NCBI GenBank assembly: GCA_051362555.1 | Contig: CM120640.1 | Location: forward strand, 30,771,967 to 30,835,966 | DNA from: Lingula anatina | Taxonomy: Eukaryota; Animalia; Brachiopoda | DNA length: 64,000 nt | Direction of reading: 5' to 3' | Shown here: positions 34,253-48,976 of the stretch, piece after piece | How the letters are laid out: every line of letters starts with the position of its first letter | How positions within the stretch are numbered: position 1 is the stretch's first letter | Translations under genes and position numbers: made by a program | Notes under the pieces: generated by a model | Told to the model about the DNA's origin: nothing | The model's database searches: none | What the model saw: the letters and a program-made list of their open reading frames with translations, nothing else

Positions 34253-37200
34253 CAGTTTCATTTGCTGTGGCATCTCATCAACTGAATTTTCTGTATTTGC
34301 TTCAAATCATTCTCTTGGTCTTAGTTTTCCCTAGACGTCCAAATTTGTGACCAAGTCGGATAATTTTCTCTGAAGTTTCTTCTTAGATTTTTTTTTCTCC
34401 TCAAGACAGCGATTGGCCTTCATCCTGATAACATATAAATATCTGAGATTACTTTTCTTTCAGGACAGCGATCCACCTTCATCCTGAGTACATACAAATT
34501 TTTTCAGATTACTTTTTTTTTCAGGACAGCGATCTGCCGTCATCCTAAGAAAATATAAAATATCTCATATTACTTTTTCTTTCAGGACATTCATCCGCCT
34601 TCATCCTGAGTACATATAAATATCTCAGGTTACTTTTCTTTCAGGACAGGGACCCGCCTTCATTCTGAGTAAATATAAATTATCTCATATCACTTTTTTC
34701 AGGACAGCGATCCGCCTTCATCCTGATAACATATAATATCCTTTCAGGACAGCCATCCGCCTTCATCCTGAGTAAATATAAAATATTTCATATCACTTTT
34801 TTTCAGAACAGGGATCCGCCTTCATCCTGATTACGTATAAATATCTGAGAATATTTTTCTTTCAGGACAGCGATCTGCCTTCATCCTGAGTACATACAAA
34901 TTTTCTCAGATTACTTTTCTTTCAGGACAGCGATCCGCCTTCATCCTGAGTACATACAAATTATTTCAGATTACTTTTCTTTCAGGACAGCGATCCGCCT
35001 TCATCCTGAGTAAATATAAAATATCTCAGATTATTTTTTTTTTCAAGACAGCGATCCACCTTCATCCTGAGTAAATATAAAATATCTCAGATTATTTTTT
35101 TTTTCAAGACAGCGATCCTCCTTCATCCTGATGATATATAACTGATTGAACCGTCTCTTTAATAGATAATCTTTTAAGTAAGCTGGTTGTCTGATTGTTC
35201 TCTTTGGTCTGGTGTAAATTGGTTCTTCAATATGATCACCGTTTCACTTGCTGTGGCATCTCACCAACTGAATTTTCTGTATTTGCTTCACATCATTCTC
35301 TTGGTCTTTGTTTTCCCTAGATGTCCAACTTTGTGACCAAGTCGGATAACTTTTCTCTGAATTTCTTCTCAGATTATTTTTTCTCCTCAAGATAGCAATC
35401 AGCCTTCATCCTGATTACATATAAATATCTCAGATTATTTTTCTTTCAGGACAGCGATCCGCCTTCGTCCTGAGTACATACAAATTATTTCAGATTACTT
35501 TTCTTTCAGGACTGTGATCCGCCTGCATCCTGAGTAAATATAAAATATCTCAGATTACTTTTCTTTCAGGACAGCGATCCGCCTTCATCCTGATTACATA
35601 TAAATATCTCAGATTACTTTTCTTTCAGGACAGCGATCCGCCTTCATCCTGAGTAAATATAAAATATCTCATATCACTTTTTTCAGGACAGCGATCCGCC
35701 TTCATCCTGATTACATATAAATATCTGAGATTATTTTTCTTTCAGGACAGCGATCCGCCTTCGTCCTGATTACATATAAATATCTGAGATTACTTTTATT
35801 TCAGGACAGCGATCCGCCTTCATCCTGAGTAAATATAAAATATCTCATATCACTTTTTTCAGGACAGCGATCCGCCTTCATCCTGATTACATATAAATAT
35901 CTGAGATTATTTTTCTTTCAGGACAGCGATCTGCCTTCATCCTGAGTACATACAAATTTTCTGAGATTACTTTTCTTTCAGGACAGCGATCCGCCATCAT
36001 CCTAAGTAAATATAAAATATCTCATATCATTTTTTTTCAGGACAGCGATCCGCCTTCATCCTGAGTACATACAAATTATTTCAGATTACTTTTCTTTCAG
36101 GACAGCGATCCGCCTTCATCCTGAGTAAACATAAAATATCTCAGATTATTTTTTTTTTCAAGACAGCGATCCACCTTCATCCTGATTGAACTGTCTCTTT
36201 AATAGATAATCTTTTAAGTAAGCTGGTTGTCTGATTGTTCTCTTTGGTCTGGTGTAAATTGGTTCTTCAATATGATCACCGTTTCACTTGCTGTGGCATT
36301 TCACCAACAGAATTTTCTGTATTTGCTTCACATCATTCTCTTGGTCTTTGTTTTCCCTAGATGTCCAACTTTGTGACCAAGTCGATAACTTTTCTCTGAA
36401 TTTCTTCTCAGATTATTTTTTTCTCCTCAAGACAGCAATCGGCCTTCATCCTGATTACATATAAATATCTGAGATTATTTTTCTTTCAGGACAGCGATCC
36501 GCCTTCATCCTGAGTACATACAAATTATTTCAGATTACTTTTCTTTCAGGACAGTGATCCGCCTGCATCCTGAGTAAATGTAAAATATCTCAGATTACTT
36601 TTCTTTCAGGACAGCGATCCGCCTTCATCCTGAGTAAAAATAAAATATCTCATATCACTTTTTTCAGGACAGCGATCCGCCTTCATCCTGATTACATATA
36701 AATATCTGAGATTATTTTTATTTCAGGACAGCGATCCGCCTTCATCCTGAGTACATACAAATTCACTCAGATTATTTTTCTTTCAGGACAGCGATCCGCC
36801 TTCATCCTGAGTAAATATAAAATATCTCATATCACTTTTTTCAGGACAGCAATCCGCCTTCATCCTCATTACATATAAATATCTGAGATTATTTTTCTTT
36901 CAGGACAGCGATCCGCCTTCGTCCTGGGTACATACAAATTATTTCAGTTTACTTTTCTTTCAGGACAGCGATCCGCCTTCATCCTGAGTAAATATAAAAT
37001 ATCTCATATAACTTTTCTTTCAGGACAGCGATCCGCCTTCATCCTGATTACATATAAATATCTCAGATTACTTTTCTTTCAGGACAGCGATCTGCCTTCA
37101 TCCTGAGTAAATATAAAATATCTCATATCACTTTTTTCAGGACAGCGATCCGCCTTCATCCTGATTACATATAAATATCTGAGATTATTTTTCTTTCAGG

Positions 37201-40200
37201 ACAGCGATCCGCCTTCGTCCTGATTACATATAAATATCTGAGATTACTTTTATTTCAGGACAGCGATCCGCCTTCATCCTGAGTAAATATAAAATATCTC
37301 ATATCACTTTTTTCAGGACAGCGATCCGCCTTCATCCTGATTACATATAAATATCTGAGATTATTTTTCTTTCAGGACAGCGATCTGCCTTCATCCTGAT
37401 TACATATAAATATCTGAGATTATTTTTCTTTCAGGACAGCGATCCGCCTTCATCCTAAGTAAATATAAAATATCTCATATCATTTTTTTCAGGACAGCAA
37501 TTCGCCTTCATCCTAAGTAAATATAAAATATCTCATATCACTTTTTTCAGGACAGCGATCCGCCTTCATCCTGATTACATATAAATATCTGAGATTATTT
37601 TTCTTTCAGGACAGCGATCCGCCTTCATCCTGAGTACATACAAATTATTTCAGATTACTTTTCTTTCAGGACAGCGATCCGCCTTCATCCTGAGTAAACA
37701 TAAAATATCTCAGATTATTTTTTTTTTCAAGACAGCGATCCACCTTCATCCTGATTGAACTGTCTCTTTAATAGATAATCTTTTAAGTAAGCTGGTTGTC
37801 TGATTGTTCTCTTTGGTCTGGTGTAAATTGGTTCTTCAATATGATCACCGTTTCACTTGCTGTGGCATTTCACCAACAGAATTTTCTGTATTTGCTTCAC
37901 ATCATTCTCTTGGTCTTTGTTTTCCCTAGATGTCCAACTTTGTGACCAAGTCGGATAACTTTTCTCTGAATTTCTTCTCAGATTATTTTTTTCTCCTCAA
38001 GACAGCAATCGGCCTTCATCCTGATTACATATAAATATCTGAGATTATTTTTCTTTCAGGACAGCGATCCGCCTTCATCCTGAGTACATACAAATTATTT
38101 CAGATTACTTTTCTTTCAGGACAGTGATCCGCCTGCATCCTGAGTAAATATAAAATATCTCAGATTACTTTTCTTTCAGGACAGCGATCCGCCTTCATCC
38201 TGAGTAAATATAAAATATCTCATATCACTTTTTTCAGGACAGCGATCCGCCTTCATCCTGATTACATATAAATATCTGAGATTATTTTTATTTCAGGACA
38301 GCGATCCGCCTTCATCCTGAGTACATACAAATTCACTCAGATTAGTTTTCTTTCAGGACAGCGATCCGCCTTCGTCCTGGGTACATACAAATTATTTCAG
38401 TTTACTTTTCTTTCAGGACAGCGATCTGCCTTCATCCTGAGTAAATATAAAATATCTGAGATTATTTTTCTTTCAGGACAGCGATCCGCCTTCATCCTGA
38501 GTACATACAAATTATTTCAGATTACTTTTCTTTCAGGACAGCGATCCGCCTTCATCCTGAGTAAACATAAAATATCTCAGATTATTTTTTTTTTCAAGAC
38601 AGCGATCCACCTTCATCCTGATTGAACTGTCTCTTTAATAGATAATCTTTTAAGTAAGCTGGTTGTCTGATTGTTCTCTTTGGTCTGGTGTAAATTGGTT
38701 CTTCAATATGATCACCGTTTCACTTGCTGTGGCATTTCACCAACAGAATTTTCTGTATTTGCTTCACATCATTCTCTTGGTCTTTGTTTTCCCTAGATGT
38801 CCAACTTTGTGACCAAGTCGGATAACTTTTCTCTGAATTTCTTCTCAGATTATTTTTTTCTCCTCAAGACAGCAATCGGCCTTCATCCTGATTACATATA
38901 AATATCTGAGATTATTTTTCTTTCAGGACAGCGATCCGCCTTCATCCTGAGTAAATATAAAATATCTCAGATTACTTTTCTTTCAGGACAGCGATCCGCC
39001 ATCATCCTGAGTAAATATAAAATATCTCATATCACTTTTTTCAGGACAGCGATCCGCCTTCATCCTGATTACATATAAATATCTGAGATTATTTTTATTT
39101 CAGGACAGCGATCCGCCTTCATCCTGAGTACATACAAATTCACTCAGATTAGTTTTCTTTCAGGACAGCGATCCGCCTTCGTCCTGGGTACATACAAATT
39201 ATTTCAGTTTACTTTTCTTTCAGGACAGCGATCTGCCTTCATCCTGAGTAAATATAAAATATCTCATATTACTTTTCTTTTAGGACAGCGATCCGCCTTC
39301 ATCCTGATTACATATAAATATCTGAGATTACTTTTCTTTCAGGACAGCGATCCGCCTTCATCCTGAGTAAACATAAAATATCTCAGATTATTTTTTTTTT
39401 CAAGACAGCGATCCACCTTCATCCTGATTGAACTGTCTCTTTAATAGATAATCTTTTAAGTAAGCTGGTTGTCTGATTGTTCTCTTTGGTCTGGTGTAAA
39501 TTGGTTCTTCAATATGATCACCGTTTCACTTGCTGTGGCATTTCACCAACAGAATTTTCTGTATTTGCTTCACATCATTCTTTTGGTCTTTGTTTTCCCT
39601 AGATGTCCAACTTTGTGACCAAGTCGGATAACTTTTCTCTGAATTTCTTCTCAGATTATTTTTTTCTCCTCAAGACAGCAATCGGCCTTCATCCTGATTA
39701 CATATAAATATCTGAGATTATTTTTCTTTCAGGACAGCGATCCGCCTTCATCCTGAGTACATACAAATTATTTCAGATTACTTTTCTTTCAGGACAGTGA
39801 TCCGCCTGCATCCTGAGTAAATATAAAATATCTCAGATTACTTTTCTTTCAGGACAGCGATCCGCCTTCATCCTGAGTAAATATAAAATATCTCATATCA
39901 CTTTTTTCAGGACAGCGATCCGCCTTCATCCTGATTACATATAAATATCTGAGATTATTTTTATTTCAGGACAGCGATCCGCCTTCATCCTGAGTACATA
40001 CAAATTCACTCAGATTAGTTTTCTTTCAGGACAGCGATCCGCCTTCGTCCTGGGTACATACAAATTATTTCAGTTTACTTTTCTTTCAGGACAGCGATCT
40101 GCCTTCATCCTGAGTAAATATAAAATATCTCATATTACTTTTCTTTTAGGACAGCGATCCGCCTTCATCCTGATTACATATAAATATCTGAGATTACTTT

Positions 40201-40965
40201 TCTTTCAGGACAGCGATCCGCCTTCATCCTGAGTAAATATAAAATATCTCATATCACTTTTTTCAGGACAGCGATCCGCCTTCATCCTGATTACATATAA
40301 ATATCTGAGATTATTTTTCTTTCAGGACAGCGATCCGCCTTCGTCCTGATTACATATAAATATCTGAGATTACTTTTATTTCAGGACAGCGATCCGCCTT
40401 CATCCTGAGTAAATATAAAATATCTCATATCACTTTTTCAGGACAGCGATCCGCCTTCATCCCGATTACATATAAATATCTGAGATTATTTTTCTTTCAG
40501 GACAGCGATCCGCCTTCATTCTGATTACATATAAATATCTGAGATTATTTTTCTTTCAGGACAGCGATCCGCCTTCATCCTAAGTAAATATAAAATATCT
40601 CATATCATTTTTTTCAGGACAGCAATCTGCCTTCATCCTGAGTACATACAAATTATTTCAGATTACTTTTCTTTCAGGACAGCGATCCGCCTTCATCCTG
40701 AGTAAACATTAAATATCTCAGATTTTTTTTTTTTCAAGACAGCGATCCACCTTCATCCTGATTGAACTGTCTCTTTAATAGATAATCTTTTAAGTAAGCT
40801 GGTTGTCTGATTGTTCTCTTTGGTCTGGTGTAAATTGGTTCTTCAATATGATCACTGTTTCACTTGCTGTGGCATCTCATCAACTGAATTTTCTGTATTT
40901 GCTTCACATCATTCTCTTGGTCTTTGTTTTACCTAGATGTCCAAGTTGGATAACTTTTCTCTGAA
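34253..40965. repeat. 6.7-kb higher-order satellite: ~58-60-bp monomers punctuated by a ~240-bp Gypsy pol-derived block
   Basis: Monomer core tttcaggacagcgatccgccttcatcctga; the pol-derived block recurs at ~35143, 36183, 37753, 38620, 39426, 40760, with a partial copy at 34253. Confidence 0.95.
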
Positions 40966-41748
40966 GTTTCTGAATCCTGTCATTTCTGTAAATGAGTCCT
41001 TCAATAATACTAAATTCTTCTCTCATGTGCCAGTATGGTTCAATCTCCTCATCTTTTCTGTATAGATTCCAATCTCTTGTTGAGATTCTCCCTCCAAGTT
41101 TGATTAGTGTTGGGTCAGTGAGGGTTTTTTTCTGCTATCTCTTTGAGAATCACTGCATTTTCAGATTTTACCATCCATCTGATCATCCTCTCTGTACTAT
41201 CACCACCCGTTTGTGGCTGTGGCTGTCTGGAGAGATAATCAAGAAGGTCTGCATCATTCTTTCCTGGCTCATATACCACATCATGGTCAACACCTTGGAA
41301 GTCCATCACCCATTTCTGTATTCTCGATGGTAATTTTGCTTGTACTTTGTTAAACCTGGGTGGATACTTATGGTTTGTGTGCTGTGATAATATTGACCTT
41401 TGGAGCACCCTTTAGGTATATTCTCATCCTGTACTTTGCCCATCTTACGGCCAATGCATCTTTTTCCGTCTGTGAATATTTCTTCTCTGTATCTGTCAGT
41501 GCTCTGCTTTGCTTTGTCCGTTTCTTGGAACAGTCCTGCTGACAACCCTTCGTTAAAACTGGCTTCTGTTCTCAGTATTATTAGTTTGCCTGGTTCAAAG
41601 AAGGCCATTGTTTTGCTGCTGGTGATAGTTTCTTTTAATTTCTCGAAGGCTTTTTCTTCCTCATCTCACCAACGGCATTTCACATCTTGCTTGGTCAGTT
41701 CTAATAGTGGAGCAGTCAGTGAGGCATAATCCTCTATAAAGTTGTCTA
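40760..41748 (-). pseudogene. Ty3/Gypsy pol remnant (RT connection/RNase H, integrase H2C2 start, C-terminal motif)
   Basis: FIEDYASLTAPLLELTKQDVKCRW*DEEEKAFEKLKETITSSKTMAFFEPGKLIILRTEASFNEGLSAGLFQ; RIQKWVMDFQGVDHDVVYEPGKNDADLLDYLSRQP; GHLGKTKTK; RPKRTIRQPAYLKDY. Frameshifts and stops present. Confidence 0.9.
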
Positions 41749-42134
41749 GGCATGAATGTCTTGGATCACCTATATACACGTACTGAAAAAAAATGGGTTC
41801 ATTTGAGATGTATGTTGAATAACCAATAAATAAATAACATTCATTATTATCAATTTAGCTTGGCATCCTAAGTGAATTTTTGAAGGACATACATTGTAAT
41901 TTTACATCTTCAGCAGTCCAGCATGTCTCAACACGAGAAGCAACACTATATTTGAGAATGGTGAAGCCCTATTTACAGTATACTTGGCTACGTAATGTAC
42001 GAGTTCCTAACATGCAAAGCAATACTGCACTCCAGTTGGAGGACTATGGTTTAATAGAGAGTTATAAAGACACGAAGGACGAAGCGAACACTGCAAAAAT
42101 CCCCACAAGTAACTTTTATAGTAGCTCTAAGACA

Positions 42135-42308
42135 GGGGCCGTAGCGATAGTCCGAAGGTTCAATAGTCCGAAGGTTCATTGGTCCGAATGTTCACTATAG
42201 AACCTTCGGACCAATGAACCCTTGATTAAAAAATCGATAAAAATGTTACCACTTTTCGGACCAATGAACCTTCGGACCAATGAACCTTCGGACTATCGAG
42301 ACGCCCCC
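42135..42308. mobile_element. MULE-like MITE built of 15-bp subrepeats
   Basis: Termini gggg..cgatagtccgaaggttca / tgaaccttcggactatcg..cccc; TSD CTAAGACA (42127-42134, 42309-42316; 9 bp with one mismatch). Confidence 0.85.
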
Positions 42309-42455
42309 CTAAGACAAGTACATCATAGAAACCCTATTGCTACTAATTAACTCTGCTAGTGCTTTTAAAGGTTTACCTCAGATGTTTCCAGGAATCCAGA
42401 TCTACTGTATAACACCTATAACACTGGGATCAGCGGATCCCTTTGTCTACCCCTT

Positions 42456-44073
42456 CAGGGTTCTCCCCAGGCCTTTATAGCGTATCGGCAGCGATACGCA
42501 TTTCTTTTTGCCGATACGCTTTTTTTTTTTGCCGACACGTTTCTTTAAGGTAAAAATTCAGTTCGGTGAAGTTGCAGGGTTGGCTGTCCGACCAGGGAAT
42601 TATATCGAATTATGACGGACAGGTCATGATTTATGAGAAATTTGGAGCAAAAATCTTTTAAAAAATCATTTTTGATGCATACTAACGTCTTTTTCTCTTC
42701 CTAGACGGTACTGAAAAGAGTGACCTACTTTTGGCACAAAACACATGCAGTCGCAAAATGAATTGTGAACAAACTTACCGCCAAATTATGAAACTGAACA
42801 CCCTCCAGAACTTCACAAGACAAAATTTATTCACATAACAGGCTCACTACTGAATATTTATTTGGTTAAAAATCTTCGTGCTCTAGAGATAAAGACCGTT
42901 CCAAAAACAGAAACTACACAAGTACTGTGCAACAGCCAGATTGATCTGGATGAACTAGATATATCTAGTTCGTTGTCAAGGCAACATACTGCCTGTCAAT
43001 CAAATACGTTGTATGCTATCTACTTACTATAGAACGTGAAATCTTTGGGACTGAAGATCTTGTTGAAATATTGTTTATTTGCCAAAATAAAACATGAAAT
43101 TTTGTATGATGTTTTCTTTAATGACTTTAGCATCACCTATATTATTTACAGTTAAAAATTTAGTGCTGGAATATGATAAATTAACATTGCTGTCATATAC
43201 CCGTGTGATATTGATGTAAGTTAGATATTAGTAATAACAAATATGAGAATTTAAATAAAAAGGGGGACTTTTTTATACTGCTTTTATTTAACTCATATAT
43301 TAAAAAAATCAAACACATGATAACCCCTAAAAAGTTGAATTGTTAACATAAATATAAGTAAAGTATTATAAAATGAATATTCTTTAATTTTTCATTGAAC
43401 TTTATTCAAATATTATAAATTTTGAATATTTTAATAAAATCAATCTGACAGTACCCCCTCCCCACCTGTATTTTTTTTAGCTTTGGTTAAACTTCATGTG
43501 AATTTATTATCAAATTGCAGATTTACAATTAGTAGACCCTGTACCCAAAATCCTAGGAGAAGCCCTGATTGAAACTATGTTAAATCATACTTATATGCAA
43601 GATTAAATCTTCAAGAGTTCACAAGTATGAAAAAAAACTTTTTATCTGAAAATGAATCCACTTTAAGGTGCATTTTCCAACTCATTTGATTGAATGTCTT
43701 GGTAATAAATGCATTAAATGTATGACTACAATTATTTATTTACAAAGTTCAATTAATAGAATGAATAGAAAAAAATATTGGTTTTGTTGGGCAGGTTGGA
43801 TTGAAATTCGGACAGGTGCTCATAAAAGTTAGTGTCTAGCCCTGATTTTTCTGCAAAATTTGGTCCTGCACGTGGGCTATGTTGTAACAATTTAATGACA
43901 GCTTCAGATTGCATGGGATTGCACCCTTTTTGCATGAAATAATAAAAATTTTACCTCCGGAGGGCACATCCCCGGACCCCCCCCCCCCCCCCCCCTTTGT
44001 ACCTCGCTTCGCAAGCCTCGGTACTCTCGCGAAAAAAAATAAGGGCTATTTTCGATTCCTGGGGAGAACCCTG
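42456..44073. mobile_element. 1.62-kb non-autonomous P-element-like DNA transposon
   Basis: Perfect 16-bp TIR CAGGGTTCTCCCCAGG; 7-bp TSD ACCCCTT (42449-42455, 44074-44080). Confidence 0.85.
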
Positions 44074-44482
44074 ACCCCTTGTATCTGCAGCTCCTTCTTC
44101 TTCTTCTTCTTCTTCTCTCTCTCTCTCTCTCTCTCTGGAAAACCCCAAACTTTCCGGTACAGATAACTACAACAATGTACTCACCCTTCTGTCATCAAGA
44201 ATGTCTTTGCGTGCATTAAAAAGGATGCTGGAATCGTGGAATGTCCTGCCTTCAGATCAAACTTTTACTGTAACCCCTAACTATATCCTTGTCCTTGGTA
44301 TAACGTGTGAAAATGTTCCCGCTCCGCCGAACCAAGGAGTTATAACAGTTATAACTCCTTGGCCGAACTAAGCCCGACTTTAAAAAGTACATGTGGGTCA
44401 AATAAAACCCGCAGTGAATACTGGGTCACATCTCGGTACATTCGGGCACACGAAGCGCCGCAGTTTTTCTCTGCGTCCAAGT

Positions 44483-44484
<2 letters not shown>

Positions 44485-44544
<60 letters not shown>
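44485..44544. repeat. (TA)n microsatellite
   Basis: About 30 TA units. Confidence 0.95.
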
Positions 44545-44546
<2 letters not shown>

Positions 44547-46511
44547 CTTAAATGTGATATATTATTGATAATTGATGGAGAATATAATTACTACATAAAA
44601 GGTAATTTTAAATTCTTTTTTTACCTTTTTAACTTTTTTTATTGTTATCATATATTTTCTTTTTGCTTTAACTTTGCTCATAGACAATTAAATTATTAGC
44701 TGGATCTTAGCACTGCTAACATAACGCTCAATTTTAAGGAGGAAATGGAGCATTTACGGACCTTCGCATTAAAAGAAATTACCTTTAAAAGTATACTAAA
44801 CTTACTTTAAAAGACCTTAAGGATCGATCCATCTCCAAGGGGTTTCTCGCTAAATTGCTTTCAGATGAAGCGGGTTAGATGTCTGTCACGCCCACTGAAG
44901 CTGCTAGGGGGAATTATCGTTTAGCATCTAAACCGCTTAAGTTGATAGCAATTTACTGAGAATCTACTTGGTGATAGATCGATCCAAAGTTAGTACGATA
45001 GGGTCTGCGAATGATCCCTAAGTCATTTTTGTCTAAATACCCTGCAAAGCTACTAGTACACGTACTTAAATTACTTTAATAGACTGCGCTACAGACTGCG
45101 CTAGTACTCTAATATGAGATATATTTGCACGTTTATTATTATTTTTTAAATAAAAAGGTCTACATTTCCCTCAATTCCAAGTTTATTTTCTCAATGCCTG
45201 GTAACGAAGGTTTTGCAAATGGCTTTCTAAGAGAATGCAGCTTTGTTGTGTTTCGTGTAAACCATTTGACTGTGCCCTGTCAACATATCGTCCAGCTAAT
45301 CATGAGGGCCCGCTGGTAAAGTACTGATCTCAGTTCACGGCCGCGGAAAATAAAAATCATCAAATCACAAATCACATAAATTAATTAAAACTTTATTCGT
45401 ATCTCATTGAAAATGCTAGTCCAGCGAGCTTAAAATAACTATCATCAAGTATAATGACTTCGTTTCACTGAGGACTGGGGATAAAAACCCGCATTTCACG
45501 ATTCACAGGAATGGGGTGCTTCACGGATGACGCTAATTAATAATAATAAATAAATAATTAAAAAAATAATTTAAAAAAAACGTTGCTAGCATCTCGGGAA
45601 ATGAAAAGTGGTTTTCACGGGTAACGAAAATACCCAATGAAGCCTTCAGTCATTGACCCCATTCCCAGAGATTAGATCGATCTACTTTAGATCGACCTAA
45701 CTCCCTGGGGGTTCACGCTAAATAGCTGTCAGCCGAACGGACACGAAAGTTAATTACCCCCTTACAGCTTGTAGTAGGCGGGACGGACATTTAAGCCGGA
45801 TTATCTGACAGTAATCTAGTGAGACTCCCCGCAGGGATAGATCGATCTAAAAGCTCTGGGAATACAGCCATTGTCTTAACTAAAATGTAGGTTTTATTAA
45901 TTACTAAAATATTTCAAAAGCATCAAACAACTAAAATTAATTATCTTCGACAAAAATAAGCCACGGAGGAATTCTCAGTTTTTAAAAGCCGGGCGACACC
46001 GCGAAAGTCGCTGCAAGTTATTTATTACGTTATTTAGATAAACATTCTAGACATTTTCTGAAACATTACACTTGCTTCCTAACAAGTTCCTAATTTTTTT
46101 TTTACTTTATTGAAAATAAACTTAAAGGTGGATGTGAGATGGTGTTGTGAGGGACAGTAACAAAGGTTTAAATTGAGTCCGCATTTCGTGTTTTAAATAT
46201 GATTAGCGCAGGTGCTGAGCTAACTTATGCAACAATTTTCGTGTGCATCGAAAGACTCGCGAGAGAAATAATTACTGCAAAATGTAATCGCTCCTCATTT
46301 CTCTTGTTGGCACTCTCTCCATGTCCAGCGGTACTTGTAGTGCCCAGTCCACCAAATACTTATTACAAAACAGACAATAACATTGATTTCTCTTGCACAT
46401 TTCGTTATCATGAATTCCCCAATAAGATTGATTAAGATTCCTTTTATCATGTCTTAGCAAATTGATTTTGAGAAGCGCGCGCACCCCCCCCCCCCCCCAC
46501 ACACACACAGA

Positions 46512-46548
<37 letters not shown>

Positions 46549-48976
46549 AAGAGCAGGTTAAATTTCTTAGGTGATAGGAACAATCAACAAAGATCAACAT
46601 AAACCGTCTCGAATCGGACTTCTCACAACATTTTTTTCTTTCATTAAACTTAACAAATTGAAGCCGTCAAATTATATAAGATTTTACTTCAAATAACCAA
46701 AAATATCATATCCATACATAGACATACTGTCAAAAGATACTGGTAGATCAACTTAAACAGTCTTTAGTCAGAATTCTCACAATATTTGTTTTTTTTTTTT
46801 TTTTTTTTTTTTTTTTAGTTCTTTAATTTTTAAAAAACAAATTCAAGTTGTTACATCGTCTAAGATTTAATTTAAAAAATATCATATTGCATACATGGAC
46901 ATACTTTATGAGCATTTCTGTAGTTGTCGTGACCTAGATTTCTTTGTCTTGGAAACTCGCTGATGAAAAGAGTATGTGTACTTATCTAAATATAAGTAAT
47001 CTACAGGCCTTTTCGATATTTTGGCTATACATAAGTCTTGACGAATCTCTCCCTGATATCTTTTATTTTATAAGTTTTTTTGTTATACGTGTATTTTGTG
47101 ATAACCCTGTAAGAATGTTAGCATGGCTTTATTATGAATTTTCGATAAAAACTAGTAGAATACAATAACAGAACAAGAAACAAAGATGACTGAGCTGTTT
47201 TTAGTGGTTTCTTTCGACAGGATTTACGATTTATTACGAGGCGGTCTATCTATACTACACTGAAACTTGGACTAAATAACGAATAACGTTATTATATCCA
47301 AGACTGAAGGCAACCGTAACTGTTTTTGGATTAAAATACTTTAGATTAAGCAGAATTATCATATCAAAAACACCAAAAAAGTGATATCTCAAATCTACCG
47401 GAGCAGTGAATTTTTATTTTATTTCCGTTATCAGATTTCACAATTAACTCTTATGCCTAGATTACATTAGAAAAGCGTGTCGTGCGATGAAATTAAATAC
47501 GATTTTCCGTGCGTTTTTTTTTTTTAACGACGTACGGGCTACAGCGAATACGTTTACATTACGGGTGGGTTAATGTTAATGTTGATGTTAATCAATCACC
47601 AAAATATTTATTTTATTACGAAACAGTGTTAATTTTTACACAGATAATAAAAATCAGTCAATGGGTACACAGTGATGCTTTAAGGCCTTCTTTAAATTCT
47701 GCTGCTGCTATGCAGAGACGGAATAAATATAAAACATTGTTGCATGTATCAGACTATCTCGAAAGTAAATCATTTACTAGAATAAAATGGCGATTGTTTT
47801 ATTTATCATTACTTTTACATTAGAGTGAGCTCCCGGTATTATTCCATTGCTGACGAAATCAATACTGGGGACGACGGTTATATTGACGCGGATAAAGAAA
47901 TTAAATCCTAACTTGAGCTTTAACCTTGGTCATTATTAGTAATTTTGCCCATGCTTTAACTAAAGCGTTTTACTACAGGCAAGAGATAAACCTGAACAGA
48001 TGAACAGGTCCAGCAGTGAGGTATCATCCTCACCCGCTCTTCTCTTGATGGATGACGGCGCCCTCCTCGTGAAAAAAAATTGTATTGTTCCCACAGAAAA
48101 ATGTAAAGTGCGTACTGGTGTCGCCAGACACCTTTTTTTTTCTAGAACTTCTTCATGCCATTTTCTTCATTTTTTTTTCTTTTACAGATCTTGTATCAAT
48201 GCTCCAACTTAAACATACCCGGGCCCATCATAATACGTTGATAAAAAACGAATAGAGCAATATATAAAAGATTGGTGGGGGCATTTTCTACAATAAAACA
48301 CCAACACTAAAAGTAATAATAAGAGATACCTAAATTTCTGCTCACTGTCTTTTCGCCGTCATTCGTTTTTGTCTAAATCATCATTTTGTGCATTGTCTTC
48401 AATAATTCATGAAGCCCAGATTTTGGGAGAGGGGCAACTGCCGCAATGAAGCCCACGTAATCCTCTAGCTAATTTCATTTACAAGCACACTTACCACATC
48501 GTCACCGTAACACCAATATAAGCTCTTTCTGTAAAATAACAAAATTTCTGTCCATAATCAACTGACTTTGTAAGAATAAAAACATCAATTGAATAACATG
48601 ACTATAAACCAATGTTATATGGTATGTTTAACCTGAAGCTAGGGGATGAACAAGGACAGTGAGAAGTCGTTCTCTGTACTGGGTTCCTGACCACTCCTCT
48701 AGGTCCAACCTTATCAGTAAAATACGTGGGGGTGTTCCATGCCAAGTAAGTGTCTCGTCTGTCAAGCTGCAGGCAAATATGACATCAGTGCAAACATTGA
48801 ATCGCCGAGTAAGAGAAGGAGGGGGGGGGGGGGGGGGGCATCGAAAACATTACTCACTTGAAGTTGGCCATGGAATGACTGGGGTCTCGATCCTCGATGC
48901 AATATATCAAGAACTTGTTTATAAATATGTAAGGGGTAAAGGAATGAACAGGGCCCATCATCCTCTTCTCCGCTAA

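Noticed and set aside
34410-40760. CRISPR-like appearance: a constant ~30-bp palindromic core alternating with variable ~28-bp AT-rich segments
   Set aside because: The variable parts are a handful of mutually similar variants reused many times; no cas genes; eukaryotic context. It is a satellite.
28926-41748. GIN-like integrase, solo LTR and Gypsy pol as parts of one LTR retrotransposon
   Set aside because: The integrase has spliceosomal introns and its own ATG, the pol remnant has a separate H2C2 motif, the LTR has its own TSD, and host exons (33407-34044) lie between them.
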